A stretch of 64,000 bases of DNA from Bacteroidia bacterium (GCA_044239605.1 JBIIBC010000003.1:50056-114055); one strand, 5' to 3'. Positions 29,176 to 39,521 are shown, counted from the stretch's first letter. The notes: generated from the sequence alone by a model not told the origin. Program-made: numbers and translations.

Positions 29176-31452
29176 ATGCGTAAATTCATACTTGCTATTA
29201 TTTCACTATTGTTTATAAACTCAATAATGAATGCTCAAAATGTATATTTTACTTTAGCTAATTCAGCAAAATTTTTAAAAAGAAACAACACAGATACTTT
29301 GAAATACCCTTTTGTTGGTGGTTTTCAAAAACCACAATTCAATAAGATGGATTTAGATAATGATGGACAAAAAGATTTAGTAGTATTTGACGGCATGGGC
29401 GACAAAGTATTTACCTACCTTTGGAAAAATAATAGTTGGGTTTATGAACCTTCTTACGAAAAATTCTTACCTAATATTTCGCAATGGTTAAAAATAACTG
29501 ATTTCAATTGCGATGGAAAGGAAGATTTACTAACAGCATCCGGACCAGCATATGTACTAAATCCGGGAGAATTTGTAAAATCAAACTCCATAAGATATTT
29601 ACAAAATATTTCCATATCTAATGATTTAAAATTTAAACAAAGAAGTAATTGTTTAACCTACTTAAATGGTGCCGATTTTGAAGATTGCTTGGAATTCACC
29701 CCAACTGATATCGGAGCAATAGAGGACATGGATAATGATGGTGACCCTGATGTTGTTTACATGCCCTCAGGATCAAATTATTTTGATTTGTACAGAAATA
29801 GAAAACCAAAAAATAATTGCGATTCAATTAATTTCGGATTTGGGGTTAACTTTTGGGGTCATGTAGGTTATAAAGTAAACTCTCATGGATTTAACTTTGG
29901 TTTAGATGCCTATTATTTAGGCAAAGGTGGAAAGCATGTAAACAATTCGTTTGCTGTTTTTGACACGGACGCGGATGGTGATAAAGATCTTATTTATGGT
30001 GATGGATTTTTCAATACTTTGATTTTTGCAAAAAACGGTAGAGAGTCAAATTCTTTGTTAAGAGATTCCTTCGTAACTGAAGACACCATTTTCCCAAGAA
30101 ACACTTATCGTCCATTAGATTTATCATGGCCTACCCCCTATTTTCAAGATTATGATAACGATGGAATTACTGATCTTATCATTACATCAAATGAACCTGC
30201 TGCTGTTAAAAATACGAACCATATCAATTTATATAAAAACACAGCAACTAGTAATAATGTTGCTGCCAAATTTCAATTTGTTAAAGAGAATTTTTTAATA
30301 GATGAAATGATTGATTTAGGCGGAAATTCAAAGCCTGTTTTTGTAGATATCGACAATGATAATGACCAAGATTTAATAATTGCAACACAAGGAAATTATT
30401 TAAGTACTAAAAACAACTTTGACCAATTGTATTTATACAAAAATATTGGAACTAAAACCAATCCTGTATTTAGTTTGGTAGATACCAATTTTGCCAATAT
30501 TCAAGCAGATGTACGTTTACCACTAACCAATGTAATTCCAACTTTTGGTGACTTAAATAATGATGGCAAAAAGGACATGATTTTGGGCTGGTACAATGGT
30601 TATCTAAACTATTATGAAAACACTTCAACAACTGCTAATATTACTTTTGCGAAAAGAGATAGCAATTATTTTAATATAAATGCCGGCACTCAAATAGCTC
30701 CTCAGTTAATTGATTTAAATGCTGATGGAAAACTAGATTTAGTTATTGGAAAATACAACGGAACCTTGGCTTATTATCAAAACACAGGAACAGTCACTGA
30801 ACCTGCATTTAATTCTACCCCAACTATAGATTCATTAGGGAAATTAAGTGTTCGTTCAAGGAGCGAAAGTTATGGCAATGCCTATCCGTTTGTATTTGAT
30901 TTGGATAATGATGGTATTTACGAAGCTTTAATTGGAAGTTATAGCAAAAGTGTAGTATTATATACTGATATCATTGCTAATCCTTCAATAAAAGCACGTA
31001 GAATTGCTAATATATTTAAAGATGATGCAAACATGGCTGCTGATAGTATTTCTCAAGGGGTTTATACCAGTGTTACCATTGCTAATATTGATGCTGATGC
31101 TAGCCCTGAGGTGTTAATTGGGAATCAACGTGGTGGATTTAAATTTTATAAAAGTACTATTTTAGGGAAAATAAGTTTATCAACTATAAATGATTTAAAA
31201 GAACAAACATTTGAAGCCAAAATTTATCCTAATCCAGCCAAAAATAAATTAACTATTGAAACCGATTTATTGAATGAAAAAGCGCAAGTAAGTATCATCA
31301 ATATTCTCGGTGCCACAGTTATTAATCAAGCAATGGCCCGCGGAACTCAATCAGCAACTATTGATTTGATAAATCTAAATGCGGGTGTATATTTTGTAAA
31401 AATCCAAACTGAAACTGGCAAACAATTGGTAAAGCGTTTGGTGATTGAGTAA
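29176..31452 (+). CDS. FG-GAP/VCBS repeat protein with T9SS C-terminal sorting domain
   Basis: 758 aa. Signal peptide, multiple D-x-D-x-DG calcium-binding FG-GAP-like repeats (DLDNDGQKD, DMDNDGDPD, DLNADGKLD) and a Por_Secre_tail (AGVYFVKIQTETGKQLVKRLVIE). Confidence 0.6.
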   Translation: MRKFILAIISLLFINSIMNAQNVYFTLANSAKFLKRNNTDTLKYPFVGGFQKPQFNKMDLDNDGQKDLVVFDGMGDKVFTYLWKNNSWVYEPSYEKFLPNISQWLKITDFNCDGKEDLLTASGPAYVLNPGEFVKSNSIRYLQNISISNDLKFKQRSNCLTYLNGADFEDCLEFTPTDIGAIEDMDNDGDPDVVYMPSGSNYFDLYRNRKPKNNCDSINFGFGVNFWGHVGYKVNSHGFNFGLDAYYLGKGGKHVNNSFAVFDTDADGDKDLIYGDGFFNTLIFAKNGRESNSLLRDSFVTEDTIFPRNTYRPLDLSWPTPYFQDYDNDGITDLIITSNEPAAVKNTNHINLYKNTATSNNVAAKFQFVKENFLIDEMIDLGGNSKPVFVDIDNDNDQDLIIATQGNYLSTKNNFDQLYLYKNIGTKTNPVFSLVDTNFANIQADVRLPLTNVIPTFGDLNNDGKKDMILGWYNGYLNYYENTSTTANITFAKRDSNYFNINAGTQIAPQLIDLNADGKLDLVIGKYNGTLAYYQNTGTVTEPAFNSTPTIDSLGKLSVRSRSESYGNAYPFVFDLDNDGIYEALIGSYSKSVVLYTDIIANPSIKARRIANIFKDDANMAADSISQGVYTSVTIANIDADASPEVLIGNQRGGFKFYKSTILGKISLSTINDLKEQTFEAKIYPNPAKNKLTIETDLLNEKAQVSIINILGATVINQAMARGTQSATIDLINLNAGVYFVKIQTETGKQLVKRLVIE

Positions 31453-31459
31453 AAAACTA

Positions 31460-31493
31460 ACCAATGGCCTTCAATTGAGTAAAGCCATTGGTA
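31460..31493. terminator. inverted repeat between convergent genes, possibly a bidirectional terminator
   Basis: ACCAATGGC..14 nt..GCCATTGGT, a perfect 9-bp stem, followed by a T-rich tract. Confidence 0.45.
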
Positions 31494-31503
31494 AATATCT
31501 TTA

Positions 31504-32370
31504 TTATTTCAATTTCTTTTTGTTGGCTTTTGGATGTAAAAAATTCTCACCTGTAACTACCTTTTTACCTGTTTGTTCTTCTAATTGCAATCGCGCATTT
31601 TTAGCAATTTTGCCACCTTTTTTGCTCGCTTTTGCATTTTCGTGTAAACCTTTTGCATCATCAGTTTCGGCTATTTGGCGTGTAGATAATTCAGCCAAAG
31701 CAGTAAAAATCAACTCAGCTTCGCTCATGTGATCACGTAGATTTTGAGTCTTTAATCCTTTTAAATCTTTGTGATTTTTAACTGTTAAGCCAGTCCATTC
31801 CTCATGAATAATATTGGTGAGCAATGCAAATTCATCTGATTTTTCTACACCACTTTCTTTCCAGTAATCAGTAAGTTTATTCCGAGTTTCTTGCCCAGTC
31901 ATTCTTTGCTGAATCCACTTTTCAGAACGACCTAGTTTTTGCCAATTTTCCCTTGCCCTATCTATACTCTGACTTGGGTCTGCTATTTCTTGCATGCGTT
32001 CATATCCAACTTTTGCCAACCATTGTTTAAATGGTTCTGCCTTTGGTGATGGGATGGATTGAATGAGTCGGAAAACCTGTTCTACATTACCTACATCCGT
32101 AAGTCGCATCTTGCCATCTTCTGCTTCTAGCTTCAACTGGTTACAATTTGTAACCGTTTCGTTTCCTTCCTTAGAAAGTCTGTTTTTCAATACTTTCCAG
32201 TAATTTCTGGCACGATCTGTAGTTGGTTGATCTGTTAAAATACCTATAATATCAACAATACTGAAATACCAAACTTCTTCGTGTTCGTCCCATTTAGAAC
32301 GTACTTTTTTACTTTCAAATAATTTTATATTACCCATAATGTTATTTATATATTTTCTATACGTTTTCAC
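31504..32370 (-). CDS. Bro-N domain protein (DinD-like DNA-damage-inducible protein D / prophage antirepressor N-terminal domain)
   Basis: 288 aa. Bro-N core (KLFES..VR...DEHEEVWYFSIVDIIGILTDQ). The likely true start is Met 32337 (MGNIKLF). Richer in G+C than its neighbours by eye. Confidence 0.55.
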   Translation of the reverse strand: MKTYRKYINNIMGNIKLFESKKVRSKWDEHEEVWYFSIVDIIGILTDQPTTDRARNYWKVLKNRLSKEGNETVTNCNQLKLEAEDGKMRLTDVGNVEQVFRLIQSIPSPKAEPFKQWLAKVGYERMQEIADPSQSIDRARENWQKLGRSEKWIQQRMTGQETRNKLTDYWKESGVEKSDEFALLTNIIHEEWTGLTVKNHKDLKGLKTQNLRDHMSEAELIFTALAELSTRQIAETDDAKGLHENAKASKKGGKIAKNARLQLEEQTGKKVVTGENFLHPKANKKKLK

Positions 32371-32397
32371 TTAACAAATTTTATCCTTCTTGTAATT

Positions 32398-32430
32398 ACC
32401 GATGCCTTCGCTTGAAGCGAAGGCATCGGT
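32398..32430. other. perfect GC-rich 15-bp-arm inverted repeat (hairpin)
   Basis: ACCGATGCCTTCGCT-TGA-AGCGAAGGCATCGGT. It sits between the stop of the ACC-deaminase-like gene and the start of the Bro-N gene. It has no U-tract, so it is not a canonical intrinsic terminator. Confidence 0.5.
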
Positions 32431-32435
32431 TTAAC

Positions 32436-33314
32436 TTACTTCAAAACTCCCAATAAACCCAAAATTCCCCCGGTATGAACGCAAAGAATTTTGGAGTTTG
32501 GTTCAAAATAATCTTGTTCAGCTAAAGTAAAAACGGCCATCATCATTTTGGCTGTATAAACTTGATCTAATAAAATACCTGTTTTACTAGCAAATAGGGT
32601 TATAAAATCCATCACTTTAGGATTGCTTTTTGCATAACCTCCTTCATGAAATTGATGATGAATTTTATAATAATCTTGCAATTGATTTTTTTGCAATTCT
32701 TCATCAATATTTTCAGCTCCTTTCAAAACACAAATTCCTTCGGCTTTAGTAGCTAATTGTTGGTTTTTTACAGCTTGCGCAATTCCTTGTAAAGTAGTAG
32801 CAGTGCCTACTGCGCAAAATATATATTGGTAATTTTCGGTTAGTTCAGTTACAATTTCTTGGCAACCTTTAGCACCTAAAATGCCTGCCCCTCCTTCATT
32901 TACAAAATAGGCATTTTCATTTTGTCCAAAATGATTTTCAAATAACGTTTCTTTATCTCTGTAGCTAGTTCTATCGGTATAAATAAACTCCATTCCCCAA
33001 AGCTTATTCAAGGCCAACATTTGATTGCTTACACCTTCATCGCCTCTAATAAAAGCTGTAGTTTTAAAACCAAACATAGCACCTGCGCAAGCCAACGCAT
33101 TTAAATGATTGCTGTAAGCACCTCCAAAACTAACCAAATGGTTTTTATTTTTTTGTTTAGCATCGGAAAGAGTATACTTAAGTTTGCGCCATTTATTGCC
33201 ACTTATAAATGGATGAATTTTGTCATCACGTTTAATATAAACCGAAATTTGTTTTTGTTCAAAAAGCTCAAAATTTAATGGTTCAATTGGTGAATTTATT
33301 TCTATCATAAACAA
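32436..33314 (-). CDS. PLP-dependent 1-aminocyclopropane-1-carboxylate deaminase / D-cysteine desulfhydrase family protein
   Basis: 292 aa. PLP-lysine motif region (GNKWRKLKY) and a glycine-rich loop of the tryptophan-synthase-beta fold. Confidence 0.6.
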   Translation of the reverse strand: MFMIEINSPIEPLNFELFEQKQISVYIKRDDKIHPFISGNKWRKLKYTLSDAKQKNKNHLVSFGGAYSNHLNALACAGAMFGFKTTAFIRGDEGVSNQMLALNKLWGMEFIYTDRTSYRDKETLFENHFGQNENAYFVNEGGAGILGAKGCQEIVTELTENYQYIFCAVGTATTLQGIAQAVKNQQLATKAEGICVLKGAENIDEELQKNQLQDYYKIHHQFHEGGYAKSNPKVMDFITLFASKTGILLDQVYTAKMMMAVFTLAEQDYFEPNSKILCVHTGGILGLLGVLK

Positions 33315-33424
33315 ATATTAAATTGACACAAGCATAAAATCTGCCTTAAAATCAATATTGTTGTGGTGGTATTAATACCAAGCAATATTATTATTTTACA
33401 TTTAAATATTACAATTTTTATTTA

Positions 33425-34879
33425 ATGCAAAAGTCATTTAACAAGTATATTTTAACCATTATAGCAGTTTTACAATTAGTTTTGTTTTTGATAATTAAAA
33501 ACGATCCTTTTCATGGCGATGCGGTTACATCTACAGCTAGAGCAGCACTTAATATTTACAATAATAATTTGCAAACTATTTGGTATCCTGCCAATTTTGA
33601 TCCCGGTCATCCTACTTTGTTTCCATATTTATTGGCTTGCTGTTGGATGGTTTTTGGAAAATCGTTGGTTGTAAGTCATTTTATAATCATCCTTATTTCT
33701 TTTTTTATTCTTTTTATAACTAGAAAAATTGCTTTGCATTATTGCCACGAAACCAAAGCTAATTTAGCCACTTTATTAGCCGGTTGTTATTCAATATTTG
33801 TAGCTCAGCAAGCATTATTGCTTAATACACCATTGTTTTACTTGTTTGTATTATTAGCATTTTATTATTTAATAAAACAACAAAAAGCAGGTTTTATAAT
33901 CAGCACTGTATTAATGGAATTAACCCATTTACAAGCTAATTTTTTCTTATTGGCGTTTGGCATTATTTATTGTTACCAAGTATTTAAAAACAAAGAAACC
34001 ATAGCCCAATTTTTTAAAAATGGACTATTGCTTTTTCTTCCAGCAGTAGCTGTTTTAGGTATTTGGTTGTACGTTCATCAACAGCATTTTGGTTGGGCTT
34101 TTTTATCGCCCAATTATACTGAACATAATGATATAAAAGGAATGAAGCAGTTTGTTCAAAGTGTATTCTTAATTATTTGGCGCTTGGTTGATAATGGTAT
34201 ATTAACCGTTTATGGGTTGCTTATTTATTTGTTTTTTAAACAAAAGCTAAATAAGGAACTGTTTATTTTTAGTGCTATTATTTTATTGGTAAATAGCCTT
34301 TGCATGGCGGTGTTTTTATACAATACCATTGGCCATAGGTATTTTATGATTAGCCAATTTTTATTTATTATTTTATTAATTGAAGCAAGCAATAAAAAAC
34401 AACTCAAATGGATTGTAAGTTTGGTTTTGGTAAGTTTAGGTATTGGAAATATTATGTATTATCCAGGTAAGGTAATAGCAGACACCAATTTGCAATACCG
34501 TAATTTCTTTAAATTAGAACAACTAGTAAAAAATGATTTCGATTCGATTGCATTTTATTCATACGCCCCCATTAGTTCAAGTGCCGATATTCGTTATTTG
34601 GATTTGGACAAAGGTTTAAAAATTAGTTCGTTAAATGACTTGAATTTAGATACCATTCCTGCTTTGCTTCAATCAAATGTAAATGCTGAATTTACAATGC
34701 CACAGCGTGATTTTTTATATAATAATTGGTATGGAAACAGTTATGAAAATGGAGCTGTTTATGTAAATGTATTTTTAAATCCAAAGTATTACTCAAAACC
34801 AAGTTGGTTTAAATTAAGGCAGCCAAGTTATTTTGAGCAAAAACTACAAGAGTTAAAATATAAAATCAGAAAAGAATAA
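33425..34879 (+). CDS. polytopic membrane protein, possibly a GT-C fold (ArnT/PMT-like) glycosyltransferase
   Basis: 484 aa. About 10 N-terminal TM helices with an acidic DPFHGD motif in the first loop, then a soluble C-terminal domain. Confidence 0.4.
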   Translation: MQKSFNKYILTIIAVLQLVLFLIIKNDPFHGDAVTSTARAALNIYNNNLQTIWYPANFDPGHPTLFPYLLACCWMVFGKSLVVSHFIIILISFFILFITRKIALHYCHETKANLATLLAGCYSIFVAQQALLLNTPLFYLFVLLAFYYLIKQQKAGFIISTVLMELTHLQANFFLLAFGIIYCYQVFKNKETIAQFFKNGLLLFLPAVAVLGIWLYVHQQHFGWAFLSPNYTEHNDIKGMKQFVQSVFLIIWRLVDNGILTVYGLLIYLFFKQKLNKELFIFSAIILLVNSLCMAVFLYNTIGHRYFMISQFLFIILLIEASNKKQLKWIVSLVLVSLGIGNIMYYPGKVIADTNLQYRNFFKLEQLVKNDFDSIAFYSYAPISSSADIRYLDLDKGLKISSLNDLNLDTIPALLQSNVNAEFTMPQRDFLYNNWYGNSYENGAVYVNVFLNPKYYSKPSWFKLRQPSYFEQKLQELKYKIRKE

Positions 34880-34904
34880 TGAAACAATTTAGGATTTAGC
34901 AAGT

Positions 34905-35768
34905 TTGATTTCATATAAACCAAAACCGAACATGAAAAAAATTTTATTAGCAATGGCATTAGTTGTTTTAGCTACTATTGCAAAATCACAAACCAGCTGT
35001 TGCGCCATAACCGTTAGCAGTCAAAATGCAGCCTTAGCCATGAACGACAAATTTGCATCTAAACACGATGTGCCAGTACCTTTCAAGTTAGAACAACCCA
35101 AAGGCGAAGTTATTTCATTTGCCACCAAAGAAGGTTCAAACGGAAATGCTTATTATATTAAATCTTCAAAGCCAACCCATAAAGTATTATTTGTATTTCA
35201 CGAATGGTGGGGATTAAACGACTACATAAAACAAGAAGCAGAAACTTTTGCTATGGAAATGGGAGATGTAGATGTGTATGCAATTGATTTGTATGATGGC
35301 GAAGTTGCAACCGAAGTTCCAACCGCACAAAAATTAATGTCGGGTTTAAAACAAGAACGTGCTTCTGCTATAGTAAACGGAATTATAGCTAAAGTTGGAG
35401 CTGACAAATCAATAGCTACTATTGGATGGTGCATGGGTGGTGCTTGGAGTTTACAAAGTACTTTACTAGAAAGTAAACAAGCAAAAGCTTGCGTAATGTA
35501 TTATGGAATGCCAGAAAAAAGCATTGAGCGTTTAAAAACTTTAAATTGCGATGTGTTAGGTATTTTTGCTAAACAAGATCAGTTTATCAATGCTGATTTA
35601 GTTAAAGCATTTGAAGCTAATATGAAAAAAGCTAAAAAGAAATTAACTGTTTACAATTACGATGCTGACCATGCTTTTGCTAATCCTAGTAATCCTAAGT
35701 TTAACAAAGAATTTTCGGCCGATGCGCATGCAAAAGCTTTGGCATTTTTAAAATTGAAGTTGAAATAA
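34905..35768 (+). CDS. dienelactone hydrolase family protein (secreted alpha/beta hydrolase)
   Basis: 287 aa. Signal peptide, HEWWG motif, nucleophile elbow GWCMGG and a C-terminal DH pair. Confidence 0.65.
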   Translation: MISYKPKPNMKKILLAMALVVLATIAKSQTSCCAITVSSQNAALAMNDKFASKHDVPVPFKLEQPKGEVISFATKEGSNGNAYYIKSSKPTHKVLFVFHEWWGLNDYIKQEAETFAMEMGDVDVYAIDLYDGEVATEVPTAQKLMSGLKQERASAIVNGIIAKVGADKSIATIGWCMGGAWSLQSTLLESKQAKACVMYYGMPEKSIERLKTLNCDVLGIFAKQDQFINADLVKAFEANMKKAKKKLTVYNYDADHAFANPSNPKFNKEFSADAHAKALAFLKLKLK

Positions 35769-35785
35769 TAATTACCAAATAATAA

Positions 35786-35818
35786 AAAACCGAAGCTTTT
35801 TAAACTTCGGTTTTTTTA
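35786..35818 (+). terminator. rho-independent terminator
   Basis: AACCGAAG-loop-CTTCGGTT followed by TTTTTTT. Confidence 0.75.
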
Positions 35819-35843
35819 TGCCTTAAAAGTTTATTTTTGAGTT

Positions 35844-36362
35844 ATGTTTTTCAATCTATTTCCCCGAATTGTAGTTTTCGAAGTTAATTTAACTCCTCCG
35901 CAAATTATGCAAGCCATACATGATAATATCAATAATGAAACTTCATTTTTAAAGACAATTTTTAATAGCAAAAAATTAGAAGGAACAACATCAGGAAAAC
36001 AGTTTGATGTGAATTTAACAAATGAGGAATCGTTAAATAAAGCAAATCAAATATTTCTTCATGGTGAAATAAAAGAGTTAGAAAATGGATTTACTGAAAT
36101 TGAAATAAGTTGTTATCCATATCCACGTTTATTATTAGGTTTAATAGGAGGAGCTTTATTTCCATTCTTCTTAATAGTTGCATTTTTTCCTTCAAATAAT
36201 ATAATGTTTGAATATGGAGTTATCGCAAAGTTTCCAATTTTTATAGTCTCATTAACTATTACATTTTATTTGTTGACTTGGTTTTTTATCAGAGATTTCA
36301 ATAAATCACTTGATGTTTTAAAAGGAATTTTTAAAGAAGCAGAAAAACAAAAGAGTCGTTAA
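35844..36362 (+). CDS. hypothetical membrane protein
   Basis: 172 aa. Soluble N-terminal half, then two or three TM helices. Confidence 0.35.
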   Translation: MFFNLFPRIVVFEVNLTPPQIMQAIHDNINNETSFLKTIFNSKKLEGTTSGKQFDVNLTNEESLNKANQIFLHGEIKELENGFTEIEISCYPYPRLLLGLIGGALFPFFLIVAFFPSNNIMFEYGVIAKFPIFIVSLTITFYLLTWFFIRDFNKSLDVLKGIFKEAEKQKSR

Positions 36363-36448
36363 TTAAATTGTTTTATTTTTTAATTAATTTCTAAATATCA
36401 AACATTTAAACTAGCATGCCTTCGAATTCCGAATTTATTGTTTCGAAT

Positions 36449-37258
36449 TTACTGAGCCAATTTTATCCCAAACTTTAACTTTCTATAAACTTTAAAAATA
36501 GCAGTATTGGTTAAAGTTCTTATCAGTTTTACTTTTAGCCAAATTACCGGATACATCAACCAATTTTTAATGGCAACAGCTAATGGAAAATTGCTCCATC
36601 CAAAATGAATGTACTCCTTATATCCAAGCATACGCTTATGGTAAGTGGCACCTTGAATGTCGTAAAAAGCAATAACCTTATCTAAATAAAGAGCTTTTTC
36701 CGGCTGAGTTTTAAAAAATGAGGCAAACCAAGTAGTATCAGCCACCAATTTATAGCTAGTATTATAATAGCCTATTTTTTCAAAAGCACTTTTGTGTGTA
36801 AAAGTAGCTTGATGACAAATAGGGTAGTGCGAAAAGAAATCGCTGTATTTTACAGGTTTGCCATTTATATAGTTTACACCAGTTGGTTCATTTACCGTTT
36901 GCACTTTGGCATAAATAAGTTCGCAGTTATTAAAAGTATTGTTTTTAAAAATATCGGAAAGCACTTCATTATTGTAGAATGAATCTCCTGCATTTAAAAA
37001 ATAAACCCATTGTCCTTTTGCTGCTTTTATGCCTTTATTCATGGCATCGTAAATTCCTTTATCAGGTTCCGAAATAATGGTTCCTATATTACTGGTAAAT
37101 TGTTGAGCAATTTTTACGGTACTATCTTTTGAGCCACCATCTACTAAAATGAGTTCAAAATCTTTAAACGACTGATTGATGGCAGATTGCCAAGTATCGT
37201 AAAGAAGTGTTTCAGCATTGTAAGTAACTGTAATTAAACTTACTAAAGGATTTTGCAT
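36449..37258 (-). CDS. family 2 glycosyltransferase
   Basis: 269 aa. N-terminal VSLITVTYNAE and DGGSKD (DxD-type) motifs. Confidence 0.7.
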   Translation of the reverse strand: MQNPLVSLITVTYNAETLLYDTWQSAINQSFKDFELILVDGGSKDSTVKIAQQFTSNIGTIISEPDKGIYDAMNKGIKAAKGQWVYFLNAGDSFYNNEVLSDIFKNNTFNNCELIYAKVQTVNEPTGVNYINGKPVKYSDFFSHYPICHQATFTHKSAFEKIGYYNTSYKLVADTTWFASFFKTQPEKALYLDKVIAFYDIQGATYHKRMLGYKEYIHFGWSNFPLAVAIKNWLMYPVIWLKVKLIRTLTNTAIFKVYRKLKFGIKLAQ

Positions 37259-37452
37259 GTTTTGATTAACTAAAATTTAGGGCAATTACATTTTTTATTT
37301 CGTGCAATTCCTTTTTTGCTTCCACAAGCACTAACTGCGCATAAAAGCGAAATGCCAATTAATATAAAAGCGATAATTTTAGTGGTTTTCATGCCTGCAA
37401 ATTAAAAAAATAATTGTTTTGCCATAATAAATTACTTTTGCGGTCATAAAAA

Positions 37453-37686
37453 ATGACCGACCCTAAACTCGATAAAGAAGAATTAACAAGCAGCTATGCC
37501 AAATACAGCAAAGTATTTGGCTTATTGGTTCAGCTTATTATTTTCATGCTTATTTTTACCTTTTTGGGTAATTGGATTGATAAACATTTTGCACATAAAG
37601 TCCCATATCTAACCGTTATTGGTGTTTTTATAGGAATGACGATTGGATTTTACAATTTGATTAAGAACTTCATAAAAGAAAAGTAA
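37453..37686 (+). CDS. AtpZ/AtpI-family small membrane protein; first gene of the atp operon
   Basis: 77 aa with two TM helices. Position and pattern match the AtpZ-type protein that precedes atpI/atpB. Confidence 0.5.
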   Translation: MTDPKLDKEELTSSYAKYSKVFGLLVQLIIFMLIFTFLGNWIDKHFAHKVPYLTVIGVFIGMTIGFYNLIKNFIKEK

Positions 37687-37693
37687 CTCATAC

Positions 37694-38074
37694 ATGAAAA
37701 CAATTATACAATTTTTTTTGCTGAGCATAGGATTAGGCATTTTTATAGGTTTGGCCACTTTTTGGAGCATTAATTCGCTGAAAATCAATTTAAACTTTAA
37801 CGATGCAATGATTTGTTTAACATTTTACTGCATTGTAACTTGTTTAGTGTTTTATATCAGTTATTTGGGATTAAAAAAAGGTCCACAAAATTTTGTGATG
37901 CACTCCTATGCAGCCCTAGCAGTCAGATTTATAAGCAGTTTGTTCTATGTTTTGTACTATGCTCAAACCCATAAATCGTATCAATTATCTTTCATTTTTT
38001 ACTTTATGTTGCTTTTTATTTTATTTATTGTGTTTGAAATTTATATCCTTACAACTAAATTGCGCCACCATTAA
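37694..38074 (+). CDS. ATP synthase protein I-like membrane protein
   Basis: 126 aa with four TM helices, lying between atpZ-like and atpB. Confidence 0.45.
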   Translation: MKTIIQFFLLSIGLGIFIGLATFWSINSLKINLNFNDAMICLTFYCIVTCLVFYISYLGLKKGPQNFVMHSYAALAVRFISSLFYVLYYAQTHKSYQLSFIFYFMLLFILFIVFEIYILTTKLRHH

Positions 38075-38093
38075 GGACGAAAAGAAGAACCAA

Positions 38094-39254
38094 ATGACTT
38101 ATATAAACAATTTGAAATCAATAAACTACACCATTAAAACTGCCCTTTTAACGATAGTGTTTTCTATCGTTTCAGTCATTTCTTTCGCAAATCAACCTCT
38201 GGTTAGTGAACACACTGATTCTACAGTTGTTTCAGCAGAAAGCGAACATGCTACTGCAGCGCATATTGAAGGTACACATGAGGAAAATCATGGTGAAGAA
38301 AAATTTGATGCCAACAAAACAATAATGGAACATATTGCCGATGCACACGATTGGCATTTATTTGGACATACCAGCATTCATTTGCCAGTAATTATTTATA
38401 CAGACAAAGGTTTAGAAACTTTTTCAAGTGGTAAATTTAATCATGGCCATGATGTATTTAAAGGTAACTACACTTACAAACTAGTTCACGAAAAAATAAA
38501 AGTTGTAAACGAAGCAGGCGAAATAGATGAAGAGGCTAGCAAAAAAGTATTAGACTTCTCTATTACTAAAAATGTTGCAACTTTATTTATAGCTGTAATT
38601 GGTTTATTATTAATATTCTTAACTGTAGCTAAAGGTTATAGCAAAAGAGGAATTGGTGCTCCTAAAGGCTTACAAAGCTGGATTGAGCCAATCATTATTT
38701 TTGTTCGTGACGATATTGCTAAACCAAACTTAGGTGATAAATACCAAAAGTTTATGCCTTATTTATTAACTGTTTTCTTCTTTATTTGGTTCATTAACGT
38801 AATTGGTTTAATTCCGTTTTTCCCAGGAGGAGCTAACGTAACAGGTAATATTGCAGTAACTTTAGTGTTAGCGGTAATTACTTTCTTAATAACTAACTTT
38901 AACGGTAACAAAAACTACTGGGGACACATTTTTACGCCTCATGTGCCACTTTGGTTATACCCATTAATGATTCCAGTAGAAATTATTGGTATCTTTACAA
39001 AACCTTTCGCTTTAATGATTCGTTTATTTGCAAACATTACAGCAGGACATATTTTAGTGCTAAGCTTAGTTTGTTTAGCATTCATCTTTAAATCGTATGC
39101 AGTAGGTGCAGTAGCAACTCCTCTTATCGTATTTATTAGCGCTATTGAATTATTGGTTGCTTTTATCCAAGCATTTATATTCACTATTTTGTCAGCCTTA
39201 TTTATTGGAATGGCTGTTCAAGAACCTGAACATGGCGAGGAAGCACACCACTAA
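38094..39254 (+). CDS. atpB: F0F1 ATP synthase subunit a
   Basis: The ORF tracked from 37947 overlaps the previous gene. An in-frame ATG at 38094 gives a 386-aa protein with a signal-like N-terminus, a His-rich segment (EHATAAHIEGTHEENHGEEK) typical of Bacteroidota AtpB, and the conserved subunit-a core (LMIRLFANITAGHIL). Confidence 0.8.
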   Translation: MTYINNLKSINYTIKTALLTIVFSIVSVISFANQPLVSEHTDSTVVSAESEHATAAHIEGTHEENHGEEKFDANKTIMEHIADAHDWHLFGHTSIHLPVIIYTDKGLETFSSGKFNHGHDVFKGNYTYKLVHEKIKVVNEAGEIDEEASKKVLDFSITKNVATLFIAVIGLLLIFLTVAKGYSKRGIGAPKGLQSWIEPIIIFVRDDIAKPNLGDKYQKFMPYLLTVFFFIWFINVIGLIPFFPGGANVTGNIAVTLVLAVITFLITNFNGNKNYWGHIFTPHVPLWLYPLMIPVEIIGIFTKPFALMIRLFANITAGHILVLSLVCLAFIFKSYAVGAVATPLIVFISAIELLVAFIQAFIFTILSALFIGMAVQEPEHGEEAHH

Positions 39255-39293
39255 TCAATAAAAAATAAATTTTAAAATTTCAAACTAAACTAA

Positions 39294-39521
<228 letters not shown>

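Noticed and set aside
31504-32370. Calling a prophage because of the Bro-N gene.
   Set aside because: There is no integrase, capsid, terminase or att-like repeats in the flanks. It is a single gene and at most a remnant.
32398-32430. Canonical rho-independent terminator call for the GC-rich palindrome.
   Set aside because: It has no U-tract on either side. I kept it as an unexplained hairpin instead.
37947-38093. The atpB ORF as tracked, starting at 37947.
   Set aside because: The first 49 codons overlap the preceding atpI-like gene and read like translated hydrophobic and intergenic sequence. An in-frame ATG at 38094 gives a normal AtpB N-terminus.
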